Positions 1-10,057 of a stretch of DNA of 64,000 nt are shown here, piece by piece. The stretch covers positions 88,892 through 152,891 of IMG/VR virus record IMGVR_UViG_3300045988_066369; one strand, given 5' to 3'. Source of the DNA: a virus. Numbering within the stretch: the first letter of the stretch is position 1; each line of letters begins with the position of its first letter. Below the pieces are notes generated by a model. That model was not told the origin of the DNA. It ran no database searches and saw only the letters and a program-made list of their open reading frames with translations. Both the position numbers and the translations under genes were made by a program.

Positions 1-611
1 GAAGTCTTTGCTACACAGCTACCATCATTGTTAGTGATAAGCTTATACTCCATTCTACCGGAGTCTCCTTCGTTTACTTTAGTAAAGAAGATATATGTAA
101 ACAAACCTTCCAAGGTTACTTTTTCAGACAGCAACTTACCAACAGTCTTGATAACATACTTAGGATTAACGTTGTCTCCAACATTTTCTGAGTGAGTCAA
201 GAAGATCATTTTGCAATCCTCTCTCATCTTTTCTGAATATCTCAGAATTTCCATAGCGTGTTGAGCTAATTCACTAAACTTAGTATAACCAACTTCAGTT
301 GCTCTATCAACGAACTCATAAGAGAGAACATATTGGAAGTCATCAATGATTACCTGCTTGATGTGCGGCATCATCTTATCAATAATTTGAAGAATTTTCA
401 GTATTTGGTCCCACTTTGAACTTACATAGTAGTTACCACTCACGTTCTTTCCTTCGATTTTGATGGGAATATACTTCTTCTTCCATGCACGGAAGGGAAG
501 GGGTTTACCCGTAGTACTTATAATAAAAGTAGTTTCGGGATTAAGATTTCTTAAACTTGTACTTTTTCCAGTACCTGATTCACCTACGATAGCAATTGTT
601 TCAGCAGCCAT
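1..611 (-). CDS. P-loop NTPase, partial (C-terminus lies beyond the window start); Walker A GESGTGKS near N-terminus
   Basis: Own translation of minus strand from ATG at 609-611: MAAETIAIVGESGTGKSTSL... open to window edge. Confidence 0.5.
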   Translation of the reverse strand, partial: MAAETIAIVGESGTGKSTSLRNLNPETTFIISTTGKPLPFRAWKKKYIPIKIEGKNVSGNYYVSSKWDQILKILQIIDKMMPHIKQVIIDDFQYVLSYEFVDRATEVGYTKFSELAQHAMEILRYSEKMREDCKMIFLTHSENVGDNVNPKYVIKTVGKLLSEKVTLEGLFTYIFFTKVNEGDSGRMEYKLITNNDGSCVAKT

Positions 612-1705
612 TATTCTAATGCAAAATTAAAATTCGAATTTGAATTATCTAATTCTGTAATATCATCTAGCTCCTGTTCTACAATAGAACTATTATCTTC
701 TAATATATAGTTTGGACTTGTATATCTCTCATAATCATAAATTTCATCGGGCTTCGGCAGCTCGTAGAACATATTAATCCATCCAAAGAAGTTTACTCCA
801 ACCTCAACATCGCAATCCCCATATCGGTTCTTAAGTACCATAATACTCCTATAATAAGAGCCTAGATACTCAATATTGTAATGTTTATAAGTCTTCAATC
901 CATCTCTGTGAGGATTATACAATGCAATCATGATATTACAATCTTGCACAGTATTACCTGAATCCTTAGCATCATGAATAGTAAACGCACTTTTGCCTTG
1001 TTTAAACCTCTCAATATTTCCCTGCTCTCTATTAGCTTGCTGTATTACTACAGGACTAATAAAACACTTATCTCTAAGAAAAAGAAGATAGCTAGACAAC
1101 AAATCAATATCAGGCTTTGTACCAACAAGACCAATATGGTCTACAACTACATTATAAATAAGATTAGGATTATTTGGAGTATAGACGAGGCGGGTTTCAC
1201 TTTCAGAAAAGGTTCCCATTTCCTCCAACCTAGTTTTCAAGATGGCATATACCTTCTTCGGAGTTACCTTCTTGTCATAGATTTCTAACTTCTTACTAAT
1301 CTTATCTATCCAAGGCATACATTGCTTAACTAAGTCATAATGCTCATCAGATAAAATATATTCTTTTTCTCTTGACAATATCTTCTTAAAAGATAGTTGG
1401 ATTCCATAGGTCTCAAATATATATATGGATAACAGCTTAATATACAAAGCTACTTCTCCCATTTCAAGACTGAAATATAATACCTTAAAATCATCATCAT
1501 CAAGATGTTCCATTAGTGGTCGATATACATAAGCATATAAGGCAAACGAAGTCTTACCTGCACCAGAGTTTGATAGAATTAAAGTATAGGTTTCCCTAGT
1601 AACTCCATCAATAATACTCTCTAGCTTAGGAAGTTTCATAGAAATACCATGATTTAGTCCCTGTCTACCTCTATCAATTTCATTGAGAAGTTTATCAGAA
1701 ATCAT
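611..1705 (-). CDS. DnaB/RecA-fold ATPase (replicative helicase-like C-terminal domain)
   Basis: ORF track 364 aa; Walker A-like LILSNSGAGKTSFALY, acidic Walker B-like LDDDDFKVLYFSLEMGE. Confidence 0.5.
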   Translation of the reverse strand: MISDKLLNEIDRGRQGLNHGISMKLPKLESIIDGVTRETYTLILSNSGAGKTSFALYAYVYRPLMEHLDDDDFKVLYFSLEMGEVALYIKLLSIYIFETYGIQLSFKKILSREKEYILSDEHYDLVKQCMPWIDKISKKLEIYDKKVTPKKVYAILKTRLEEMGTFSESETRLVYTPNNPNLIYNVVVDHIGLVGTKPDIDLLSSYLLFLRDKCFISPVVIQQANREQGNIERFKQGKSAFTIHDAKDSGNTVQDCNIMIALYNPHRDGLKTYKHYNIEYLGSYYRSIMVLKNRYGDCDVEVGVNFFGWINMFYELPKPDEIYDYERYTSPNYILEDNSSIVEQELDDITELDNSNSNFNFALE

Positions 1706-2307
1706 AGTAATCTCATAGAATCATAATTAACTCCGCCTTCATTCTTTAATGCCTCTAGTTCTTCCCACTTATGGTCTATTACAAAATTAGCTATTGTGGT
1801 ACACAATATATTGTGTTCATTAGCCCACTTAACTAACTCTATAATATGGTTATGAGTTTCTGGCTTCCATCTGATAGTTTTACCATAAAACCTATAGAAG
1901 TCTTCAATTGTATCAAATTTCTTAGATACGCTTTTCAGACCCACTTGTGTATTATTAACTATTCCAAATAATGGATAAGTATCCCACAATTCCTTACCTA
2001 AGTCGAATGAACACTTATAAAAGTCTTTCACAACTAACTTATTTAGAGGAACATCTAGTGGGTTAAATACAGACCCTTTCTCAGGAATCTTATAGGATTT
2101 ATGAATAACTCCAGCATCGCGAAGTCCAGTTAATAGTTCTATTGTAAAACCACGAGCGCATACTCTAGAAGAGAAATACTCGTGGACAATTTCGGGTTCA
2201 TCACCCTCTTGGGCGATAAGAAGAATTTCTAACAACAACAGCTCACTTGGGTTTATGCTATATTTTTCACAAAACAAAAGTTGCTGTTTCAGTTCAAGAT
2301 TTTTCAC
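1702..2307 (-). CDS. hypothetical protein
   Basis: 201 aa ORF in co-directional minus-strand operon, overlapping stop/start with neighbours. Confidence 0.4.
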   Translation of the reverse strand: MKNLELKQQLLFCEKYSINPSELLLLEILLIAQEGDEPEIVHEYFSSRVCARGFTIELLTGLRDAGVIHKSYKIPEKGSVFNPLDVPLNKLVVKDFYKCSFDLGKELWDTYPLFGIVNNTQVGLKSVSKKFDTIEDFYRFYGKTIRWKPETHNHIIELVKWANEHNILCTTIANFVIDHKWEELEALKNEGGVNYDSMRLL

Positions 2308-2564
2308 GTGTACAAATTAATAGATTTTCTACTAATCTATACACCAAGTCTAGTTTACTTGTTAAAGCGTTAAAACTTGGTTACGTGATAAACTTTAGTC
2401 CTCAACTTTTTCGCTGGCAGTTTCAAGAAGTACTGCATAGTCCTTCTTTAATTCCTTCAATTCAGCGGTAAGCTTACTAACTTTAGTTTCCAATGCTTTG
2501 CACTTCTTAGTCAAAGCAGACTTCATCTCATTAAACTCTTTTTTAGTGTAATAAGTTTCCATAA

Positions 2565-3842
2565 TTAAAAACGATAGGTAAAATTCTGCAATTTTTTCTT
2601 GTAAGGTTCCCAAGGCTCTCCATTAAGTAACTTTCGTAAGTTATCTACATCAATAGTAACATACTCGCTCTTTTGATGAGACTTCTTAAACCATTCTTGT
2701 TCAACGGTATCTTCTAGCACTAATGTGAATATTTCAGAGTATTTAGAACCTTCTTTTCTAATGACCCTACCAGCGGCTTGAGTGCTTTTTGTGCTACTAG
2801 AGTCAACTCCAAGCATTATCCCGACCGATAGACCGGGACAATCAAAACCTTCAATAGCCAATTTACAGCTATTAATCACGCCCTTGTCTAGTAGGGCGAA
2901 CTCCTCAAGTGTAATTCTGTTTTGTTTTTTACTTTCTTTGCCAGTGTAAACATATCCTACTCCTATCTTCTCTGCCATTGCAGTGTTAGCAGAGAATGTA
3001 ATAATTTTCTTGTCTGCTCTGTGAGCAATAATCTCCCTAGCCACTTCTAATTTAGCCGGATGATTATGGATAAACTTTTTTCTAGCTTGTAAAGCTCTCA
3101 TAAAAGCTGTAGAATGAAAGGTAATCTGCTTCAAAGCATTAGACAGCTCAGCTTTATCCGAACTACTACAAATCTGGTTTCTGTAATTAAGCCTATTTCT
3201 GAGGCCGTCTTTACCAACCATACTCATTGCGAGTCCAAAATCAAAGTTAAAGAATTCAAAATGTCTTATAAATTCCCTATTTTGCTCTCGATAGCTTTCG
3301 ATGTCTTCTGCTGTGATAATTACTTGATATTCAGTAAAATCAGATACCCAACCATTGGCTTTGGCTACTTCAATAGTTACGCTATCAACTACAGGGCAAT
3401 ATTTCTCGACTATAGTATGTCTACCGTCAAGTCTTTCCAGAGTAGCAGTTAGTCCAAGAATTAACTTGTATTTAACCTTACTAAATACAAATTGTAAAGT
3501 CTCAGCAGCAGTTCTATGGATTTCATCAATGATTAAAAAGTCACATTCGTATCCATTCTTTGCTGTAGTATTTACAACTTGCACCTCTGTATTTAACCCT
3601 AGACCTTCCTTATCTAATATATCTATCCACTGATTCTTTAAAAGTTCCGTGGGGACTACTACCAATGCTCTAATAGTAGGATATTTAGATAGAACAGCCT
3701 TTAAACAATTAATAGCACATCGTGTTTTACCAAAGCCTGTACAGGCTTCTATGGTGCCTCTTCCTTTATGTAATAACCAGGCTCTCTTACATTGCTCCTG
3801 TCGCTCATCACGAGTAACAGGAGTAAAGAGGTCTTTCATCAA
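2565..3842 (-). CDS. SF2 DNA/RNA helicase (DEAD/DEAH-box type)
   Basis: 425 aa; motif I TGFGKTR, motif II IIDEIH, motif III LGLTATLER. Confidence 0.7.
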   Translation of the reverse strand: MMKDLFTPVTRDERQEQCKRAWLLHKGRGTIEACTGFGKTRCAINCLKAVLSKYPTIRALVVVPTELLKNQWIDILDKEGLGLNTEVQVVNTTAKNGYECDFLIIDEIHRTAAETLQFVFSKVKYKLILGLTATLERLDGRHTIVEKYCPVVDSVTIEVAKANGWVSDFTEYQVIITAEDIESYREQNREFIRHFEFFNFDFGLAMSMVGKDGLRNRLNYRNQICSSSDKAELSNALKQITFHSTAFMRALQARKKFIHNHPAKLEVAREIIAHRADKKIITFSANTAMAEKIGVGYVYTGKESKKQNRITLEEFALLDKGVINSCKLAIEGFDCPGLSVGIMLGVDSSSTKSTQAAGRVIRKEGSKYSEIFTLVLEDTVEQEWFKKSHQKSEYVTIDVDNLRKLLNGEPWEPYKKKLQNFTYRF

Positions 3843-4702
3843 TCTATATTCCTAGTGATGTCCCATCCTTTAAGTTCTGCAACTTTCTTGATTTCTTCCA
3901 TCTTATCCTTCCATTGTTTAGCCTGGTTCTCGCATTGATTTTGGAAGCGATAAAGAACTTTGTTTGATAGCAGTCTGAGCTGATCACTAGTTAAGTTAGC
4001 ATATTTATCTCGTTTCAATCTACACATAGATCTAAACTCAGCATAACTTAATCCAGTATCACAGATTTTCAGAGCTATAGAAGGATTCAAACGAAGTTCC
4101 TTACTTACTACTAACAGTCTGTTAACAGCTTTACCTGTCACTGGGTCTTTACGATACAAGTCTTTCTGCATTTCTTGCTGTGTAAACCACAGTCCCATTT
4201 TTACAATGAAGTTAAGCGTCAAATGAGAGTTGTCAAACAATCCCAAGGAATCTAAACAAGCATCCATAACTAAACTTACTGGTACTTCTCTAAACTCTAC
4301 AGGGATTCCATTAAGAATCTCTCCAATTGGATAGACCTTAATAGCCTCATTAGTTAACACTTCCTTATTGTTTTTGATAACAGCTTTCAAGTCTTCCAAA
4401 CAACGTGTGTTTGTGTATTGCTTTTCAGCTCTAAGCCATCTAATAAGAAGCTCTGCACGACATCTTTGTATTTGGTCGGACACAATTCCGAGTAATGTTA
4501 CACGACCCGGATTCTTGGTATCAGAGTTGTACAACATTTGTTCACAATGATTGTAGAATCGTCTCAGCTGGTCATAACCTGCGTCTACCAATTTAATTTC
4601 CTCCTGGACCCCATTTACCTTAGGTCCTTTCCATACATAGCTATTAACGTCGTTTGCTTTATCGCTCAAAGCCTCTCTCAGCTTATCTCCTAATACAGTC
4701 AT
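3839..4702 (-). CDS. hypothetical protein
   Basis: 287 aa ORF, operon context. Confidence 0.45.
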   Translation of the reverse strand: MTVLGDKLREALSDKANDVNSYVWKGPKVNGVQEEIKLVDAGYDQLRRFYNHCEQMLYNSDTKNPGRVTLLGIVSDQIQRCRAELLIRWLRAEKQYTNTRCLEDLKAVIKNNKEVLTNEAIKVYPIGEILNGIPVEFREVPVSLVMDACLDSLGLFDNSHLTLNFIVKMGLWFTQQEMQKDLYRKDPVTGKAVNRLLVVSKELRLNPSIALKICDTGLSYAEFRSMCRLKRDKYANLTSDQLRLLSNKVLYRFQNQCENQAKQWKDKMEEIKKVAELKGWDITRNID

Positions 4703-4747
4703 AAATTATTCTTTAAAAATACTTCATAGTTTATCTCCTTTTTAATG

Positions 4748-5071
4748 TTAATCTAATAATATTTGTCCATCTTCAATGATAGGCTTTTCATGAATAAATT
4801 TCAAGAAAATTATATTACTATCCTTGTATGGAACAAAATCTTTACCATCGTACCATCTATCGATGCCTTCTTCTACGTATCTTAGTGAAACATAGCCGAC
4901 ATCTCCTAATTTCATAGAACACTGGTTCCAATTCGGGAATCGAACACACATTATATCCTTGTAATCTAGATTATCATATTCTAGCCTTTCAAAGACATAA
5001 TTAGCGTATCCCATCCCGTCCTCACATTCAGCAACAAATTTGACATGGTAAGTTACTTCTTTGGTTTCCAC
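4748..5071 (-). CDS. hypothetical protein
   Basis: 107 aa ORF. Confidence 0.4.
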   Translation of the reverse strand: METKEVTYHVKFVAECEDGMGYANYVFERLEYDNLDYKDIMCVRFPNWNQCSMKLGDVGYVSLRYVEEGIDRWYDGKDFVPYKDSNIIFLKFIHEKPIIEDGQILLD

Positions 5072-5225
5072 ACTTCAAATGTATTAATATCCTCGAACTT
5101 CCTACAACCATAAGAAGCGAAGTCTCCTTGCAGCTTATCCATGTTAGGCAAGCAAGGGTAATTCTTACACCTAGTGCAGCTACGTTCAGGATGTTTGTAG
5201 TGAAAACCATCTTTGTCCTTAAACA

Positions 5226-5600
5226 TTACTTCAGTAATAGGCATAATAATATTAATACACATGAACCAGCAGCGCCATATTTAATGACATTCTGCTTCTT
5301 TTTTAAAGACTTATTAAGACCTTCAATAGATCTATTTTTATCTTCAATTATGTTTCCATAATACAGTAACTGAACTCTACGAAGAGAATCCGTTTTTTCC
5401 CAACTCTTATTTATTAGTTCTAGATTAGTTATTCGCTTATTCAATAACGGAACAGTTTCAGACAACTTCTGATGCTCGGCAAATATCAGATTAGTTGTTT
5501 TTAGTTGCTCGCTGGTTATTGTAACGGTCGATGTATTCTGAGAAAAAGCACAAATTGATGCTATCAGAACTAGACATAATAGTAGATACTTTCTCATCAT
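5226..5600 (-). CDS. secreted protein (N-terminal signal peptide MMRKYLLLCLVLIASICAFSQ)
   Basis: 124 aa ORF with hydrophobic signal and Bacteroides-like cleavage context. Confidence 0.4.
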   Translation of the reverse strand: MMRKYLLLCLVLIASICAFSQNTSTVTITSEQLKTTNLIFAEHQKLSETVPLLNKRITNLELINKSWEKTDSLRRVQLLYYGNIIEDKNRSIEGLNKSLKKKQNVIKYGAAGSCVLILLCLLLK

Positions 5601-5796
5601 ACTCTTTGTCTATATACTTAATTTTCTCCACGATGGAATCGTTAACTATATAGATGCTATCTCTAATTATAGAATCCCTTACTATTTCCTGCACATTAGG
5701 CGGAGAAACTGCGGTTTCCTTCTTAGGTATTAGCAAATAAATAATTAGCAATCCCATCAAGGCTATTAAGATATAGCAAAACTTAGTCCTGTTCAT
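5491..5796 (-). CDS. membrane-anchored protein
   Basis: 101 aa; single N-terminal TM helix ILIALMGLLIIYLLI. Confidence 0.35.
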   Translation of the reverse strand: MNRTKFCYILIALMGLLIIYLLIPKKETAVSPPNVQEIVRDSIIRDSIYIVNDSIVEKIKYIDKEYDEKVSTIMSSSDSINLCFFSEYIDRYNNQRATKNN

Positions 5797-6367
5797 TTAG
5801 CTCAACGCCTATTGCCTTGGCTTTAGTTACCAGTTCAGCGCATTTAACTACATCTATACCTTCTTTAGCTAGATTCAAAGCTTGCTTCTCTTTATCAGAG
5901 AGATTTTTGATTTCGTTCTTGAGGGCTTCTTTTCTTTCGAATCGAGCTTTCATTTGGTTATACCCCTTAATGATACGCTCTGGATTTTCTTTCAAGAAAG
6001 TAAGCTCCTGTTCCAAGAATGCTTTTACCAGCACTTTACCTGCTACACCTCTAGATGTAGTATAAATAGCTGGACACTTTGGATCATGAAGAGCCTTATC
6101 GTAAGCCTTCTTCTGTCCCTTAGCCAAATCGAAGGTATCACTAGGATTACATACTGCAATACCAACGGTTACTACTCTACAGATTCTAGCATAGTCCGGA
6201 TCATTTGTGCATATGTATTCATCGGGAGCTACCCAACCTACTGCTAAGACACAATCATCCTCACTTACTTCAGCAGCCTGACTTAAAGCACAAGCTACAA
6301 TTTTACGTTCTTCACCCTTAAAGTCTACAAATGAGTCTACCATGTACTCAATCACATCCTGTTTCAT
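5783..6367 (-). CDS. hypothetical protein
   Basis: 194 aa ORF. Confidence 0.45.
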   Translation of the reverse strand: MKQDVIEYMVDSFVDFKGEERKIVACALSQAAEVSEDDCVLAVGWVAPDEYICTNDPDYARICRVVTVGIAVCNPSDTFDLAKGQKKAYDKALHDPKCPAIYTTSRGVAGKVLVKAFLEQELTFLKENPERIIKGYNQMKARFERKEALKNEIKNLSDKEKQALNLAKEGIDVVKCAELVTKAKAIGVELNEQD

Positions 6368-6597
6368 TTTCTACAATTTTAAAACCGTTATTAATTAAAT
6401 ATTCTTCGGGAGCAAATTGTAATTCAAAGAATCTATGCAAAGAGTACTTCTTCCTCTTACAACATAGTTGATTCTTTTTCAATACAATAGGTTTATTAGA
6501 AGAGTAGTATTTTTCTTCCATTAGAGCAGCTCCCCAGCTCCATATTTGATATACTGAACTACAGTAGATAAACTTATCGTGCGTATGCACAATTTGT

Positions 6598-7071
6598 TTA
6601 TCCTTCTCGTAAGTCCTCCGTGAGGTCGTCATAAAACACCTTTATAGTCTTAAAAATGAATTGATTCTTTTGAGTATTATAACAGTCATTCCAGCTACAT
6701 TTCTGATAGTGAGATAGTAGTTCGGAAGCTTTTACGCCAGTATACACATTTCTGCAAAAGCTATCGTCATCATCACAATCTGCTGCGTTTATGGTGTACT
6801 TTCCAATAGAAATCGCATAATGATAATGACTTCTCGCTACTTCGCTAAACTTTTCTTCTAGTTCATAATCCTCGTAAATAATGACTTTGAACTTGAATTT
6901 ATCTCTACTTAGTAGCCTAGCTAGACAGTATGCTATATAGCAACACCCTCCACAATTAACGTCATATTCCTCATCTAAGAATCTACAAAGCTTATTCAGC
7001 CTCTCCGCTAGAATCTCCTGAATCTCCTGAGACTTCGAGTTTAATTTCCTCCTTTGCCTTTTTAAACTCAT
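6598..7071 (-). CDS. hypothetical protein (Cys-rich)
   Basis: 157 aa ORF. Confidence 0.4.
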   Translation of the reverse strand: MSLKRQRRKLNSKSQEIQEILAERLNKLCRFLDEEYDVNCGGCCYIAYCLARLLSRDKFKFKVIIYEDYELEEKFSEVARSHYHYAISIGKYTINAADCDDDDSFCRNVYTGVKASELLSHYQKCSWNDCYNTQKNQFIFKTIKVFYDDLTEDLREG

Positions 7072-7294
7072 CTAAGTACCTACCTAAAGTTATAACTTCA
7101 TCTTTTCCGAACTTTTTTCTTACTGCATAATGGCGACATCGCTCTATAGCAGCTTCTAGGGGATAGCCATAGCCTTCCACTTTAAATTCTTTTCTCGGAT
7201 TTTTCCCACCAATATCATACAACAATTCCAAGTCAAACCTCGGAGAAGATTCACTAATGGGAGTAAGTCTGTAAAAAGGACCTTCAATTACCAT
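6992..7294 (-). CDS. hypothetical protein
   Basis: 100 aa ORF. Confidence 0.35.
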   Translation of the reverse strand: MVIEGPFYRLTPISESSPRFDLELLYDIGGKNPRKEFKVEGYGYPLEAAIERCRHYAVRKKFGKDEVITLGRYLDEFKKAKEEIKLEVSGDSGDSSGEAE

Positions 7295-7304
7295 TTTTAT
7301 TTTG

Positions 7305-8114
7305 TTATTTACAAACGTCTATTACAGTTAAGTTCTCGTTGCTGGGACGATAATTAATATCCCTATGAGAATTAGATACAATAACCTGGTCAAAATTATT
7401 ACACATATTAATCAGACCTTTATCATTAACTGCGTGACATACGATTATGATAAACTTGCTATTTGGATATCTCTCTTTGAGAACCTTAAGCTCTCCTAGG
7501 AAAGTTCCTCCGGCATCACACAAGTCATCAATGAACACAAATGTAGAATAGTAGCAATTCTTAGACTCCTCTATTTCAAAGGACTCAATTCTTCCAGTCT
7601 CTAGATTTCTTTCCTTTTTGAAGACTAAATAACCATAGTGAGAATAGTTACTTCCATATCTGTCCTTCGCCCCATGGTCTGGGAACACGATATTACTTTG
7701 GGCTGGAATCCAAGAGTGGTGTCCAAATTCCCAAGGTAAACATCTGTCACCAAGAAGATGAAAAGTTCTACTAGAATGTGCCTCAAGAACATATATGTTT
7801 CTATAGCCTAAGCTATTTAACATATTACATACTACTTTCAAGGAGAATGGACGATTAAAACTCATTACTCTATCCATACGCATAGACATTAAATAAGTAA
7901 TGTGTAAATCCCATTCTACTTCTTGTCTATCTAAAATATCTCCTACTTGCACTAAGAGGAATAAATCCTCAGTATTAGATATTCTACAAATGACATCAAT
8001 AGATTCCTTTCTGTTTAATTCCTCAGTAAGGAAAAACTGAGGCTCTCCATCAGGAAATCTAGTAACATCGTACTTAATTTCACTGATTTCCTTGTTGATT
8101 AAGTTTAATTTCAT
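7305..8114 (-). CDS. ribose-phosphate pyrophosphokinase (Prs)-like protein; candidate ADP-ribose pyrophosphokinase (Adps-like) of an NAD+ reconstitution pathway
   Basis: 269 aa; Prs-like N-domain (RFPDGEPQFFL, YLMSMRMDR) and PRPP-binding PRT motif VFIDDLCDAGGTF. Confidence 0.6.
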   Translation of the reverse strand: MKLNLINKEISEIKYDVTRFPDGEPQFFLTEELNRKESIDVICRISNTEDLFLLVQVGDILDRQEVEWDLHITYLMSMRMDRVMSFNRPFSLKVVCNMLNSLGYRNIYVLEAHSSRTFHLLGDRCLPWEFGHHSWIPAQSNIVFPDHGAKDRYGSNYSHYGYLVFKKERNLETGRIESFEIEESKNCYYSTFVFIDDLCDAGGTFLGELKVLKERYPNSKFIIIVCHAVNDKGLINMCNNFDQVIVSNSHRDINYRPSNENLTVIDVCK

Positions 8115-8544
8115 CTACTACATATTTTAAGATTTCATAACTTTCTTCCAGACCTGCCCTATCATCTAGGAGGATATTGTAATAAGGTTTCTTAGATTTA
8201 GAGAATATAGAACTACTAATGTTTGGAGCAGATAAAGTATTAGAAGTAATATTTGCTATTCCTAATCGCATACAAATTGTCTGCTTTGCCATAATTTTAT
8301 AATCATCTTCATCAGTGGTGAATAAAATCATTTCAAAACCTAGAAGTGAGCATTCTTTAAGTAGTTCTATAACGCAACTATAATCTCCGCCAGTATTATG
8401 GTAATCGAAAATAGTATTATCAAAATCGAAAGCGACTATTAGCTTTCCGTATTTATGATACTCTTCTAATAGTCGTTTCTTGCAAGCTTCTTTCCCAAAA
8501 GGATGATTAAAGTCCATGGTCAATTCTTTGTCTGATTTCTTCAA
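8080..8544 (-). CDS. HAD-superfamily phosphatase-like protein
   Basis: 154 aa; HAD motif I AFDFDNTIFD. Confidence 0.45.
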   Translation of the reverse strand: MKKSDKELTMDFNHPFGKEACKKRLLEEYHKYGKLIVAFDFDNTIFDYHNTGGDYSCVIELLKECSLLGFEMILFTTDEDDYKIMAKQTICMRLGIANITSNTLSAPNISSSIFSKSKKPYYNILLDDRAGLEESYEILKYVVDEIKLNQQGNQ

Positions 8545-10057
8545 GAGAATATTCTTTCTTCAAGATACCATCTTCAAAGACAGTCTCTAAGCATCCCTCT
8601 TTTTCCTCCTCGATTGAGACCTGGTCGGTAGCAGTATACTTCCCATCCAGACATTTATAGACAGCAATCAAACCTTTCAAAGAGTTCTTAGTACCATCAT
8701 CAGTTTTAGGATGTTTGAAGATTTCTTTCAATTCGCCATTTACTACGCAAGCAGTAGCCTTAATAGCAAACCCAAGACTATCTCTACTTGCATACTGATA
8801 GGAATATGAACCTACTCCCAGAACGAGATTACAAGCCGCCATATGAGCGTTTTCTAATCTCAAGTAGATTTGCTTTTGACGTTCCAGAGTAATAGAATCT
8901 CCATAAAGCAGACCAACCTTAGTGCTAGGATAGCGGTAATCCTTTGAAGTAGTATTCCATCCGAAGATTTTACCAAGCATATAATATGCCCCATAATATT
9001 GACCTTCGGACACTTCAACATACTCTGCATCGTCGTTAAACGGAGCATAGCAGCAATAATACTTACCTTCTTTCATTCTGGTATTGAAGTGAGGATTAGT
9101 TCTCAACCCGCAGATTATATCTACTGGGTCTCCACTATCAGGACGGATTACTACTCTACCATCACGAGCCATAATGTCTTTCTTCAGCTTGGGTAAGAAA
9201 TTTTCAATTACATTCCAGAAATCCCAAGTATCAGATACAATAGAAACAAACCCAGAAGGATACAAATCATTAATTAGACGTTTGAAAGTGCCTAGCTCAT
9301 CTTCCTCCCCTCCAGCACACATTACAGAGTGTTCTGTTGCTGGAACTGTAGCAGCAATCAATTCCTTGTCTGAATTAGCTCCATAATATTCTTCCAGGGC
9401 AGCAATAGCTGGAATAGTCTCACTTCCCACAAAAGAAGTCATATGCGCCATACCAGATATGATTGCAGCTTCCATTCCCGCCATACCTCGCATTGAGAAA
9501 TCATGACAACAAAAACCAAGATTTACATCTGTTGGAAAACCAGTCTTGCAAGCATGACGATGTAGCTCTTTCTTATAGAGCCTAGCTCTAGTAGCAGATG
9601 TGCACGGCATCCACAAGGTACAGCTGATAATAGTCTCTAAGTAGTTAGTTAACCAAAAGAACTCGGGTAGGGTATTTGTAATGGTCATCATGGGAACCCG
9701 AATAGGGCACACAGAACCTTCAGGAAGAGCCTTTATGCGAATTGGTAGATACCCAAGGTCATATAAAGCTTCAATATGTCTGTACCCAACGGATTCAATA
9801 CCAACAAAGTTGTTTACTCTACGATAGAACATCTCCACAGCTTCCTTCTTTGGTAAATTAAAGAAGTTTTTCTCAAACTGTTTAATGAGATATTCTTTGA
9901 TTAGGTATTGAATACCAAATACTACTGAACCTTCGGTTGCTTCTGGGAAGTATTTATTACTTCTAGGAGTCCAGTTACTATAAACTTGTTCAGTACCTTC
10001 GGGGTACATTCTGTGATGGCCCAATTTGTAACCATCTGTAGCATTAATTATTTCCAT
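8507..10057 (-). CDS. nadV: nicotinamide phosphoribosyltransferase (NAMPT/NadV family; possibly Namat-like)
   Basis: 516 aa; blocks matching NAMPT: ATDGYKLGHHRMYPE, LPEGSVCPIRVP...WLTNYLETI, HDFSMRGM, VPATEHS, VIRPDSGDP. Confidence 0.8.
   Translation of the reverse strand: MEIINATDGYKLGHHRMYPEGTEQVYSNWTPRSNKYFPEATEGSVVFGIQYLIKEYLIKQFEKNFFNLPKKEAVEMFYRRVNNFVGIESVGYRHIEALYDLGYLPIRIKALPEGSVCPIRVPMMTITNTLPEFFWLTNYLETIISCTLWMPCTSATRARLYKKELHRHACKTGFPTDVNLGFCCHDFSMRGMAGMEAAIISGMAHMTSFVGSETIPAIAALEEYYGANSDKELIAATVPATEHSVMCAGGEEDELGTFKRLINDLYPSGFVSIVSDTWDFWNVIENFLPKLKKDIMARDGRVVIRPDSGDPVDIICGLRTNPHFNTRMKEGKYYCCYAPFNDDAEYVEVSEGQYYGAYYMLGKIFGWNTTSKDYRYPSTKVGLLYGDSITLERQKQIYLRLENAHMAACNLVLGVGSYSYQYASRDSLGFAIKATACVVNGELKEIFKHPKTDDGTKNSLKGLIAVYKCLDGKYTATDQVSIEEEKEGCLETVFEDGILKKEYSLEEIRQRIDHGL

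Noticed and set aside
974-1288. Plus-strand ORFs embedded in the minus-strand early block (974..1288, 2247..2471, 3114..3452, 3355..3633, 5882..6247, 8999..9386, 19926..20144, 20536..20889, 25533..26210 and similar)
   Set aside because: They lie antisense inside longer minus-strand genes that have clear motifs and operon-style stop/start overlaps. They have low-complexity or implausible composition. Treated as six-frame artefacts.
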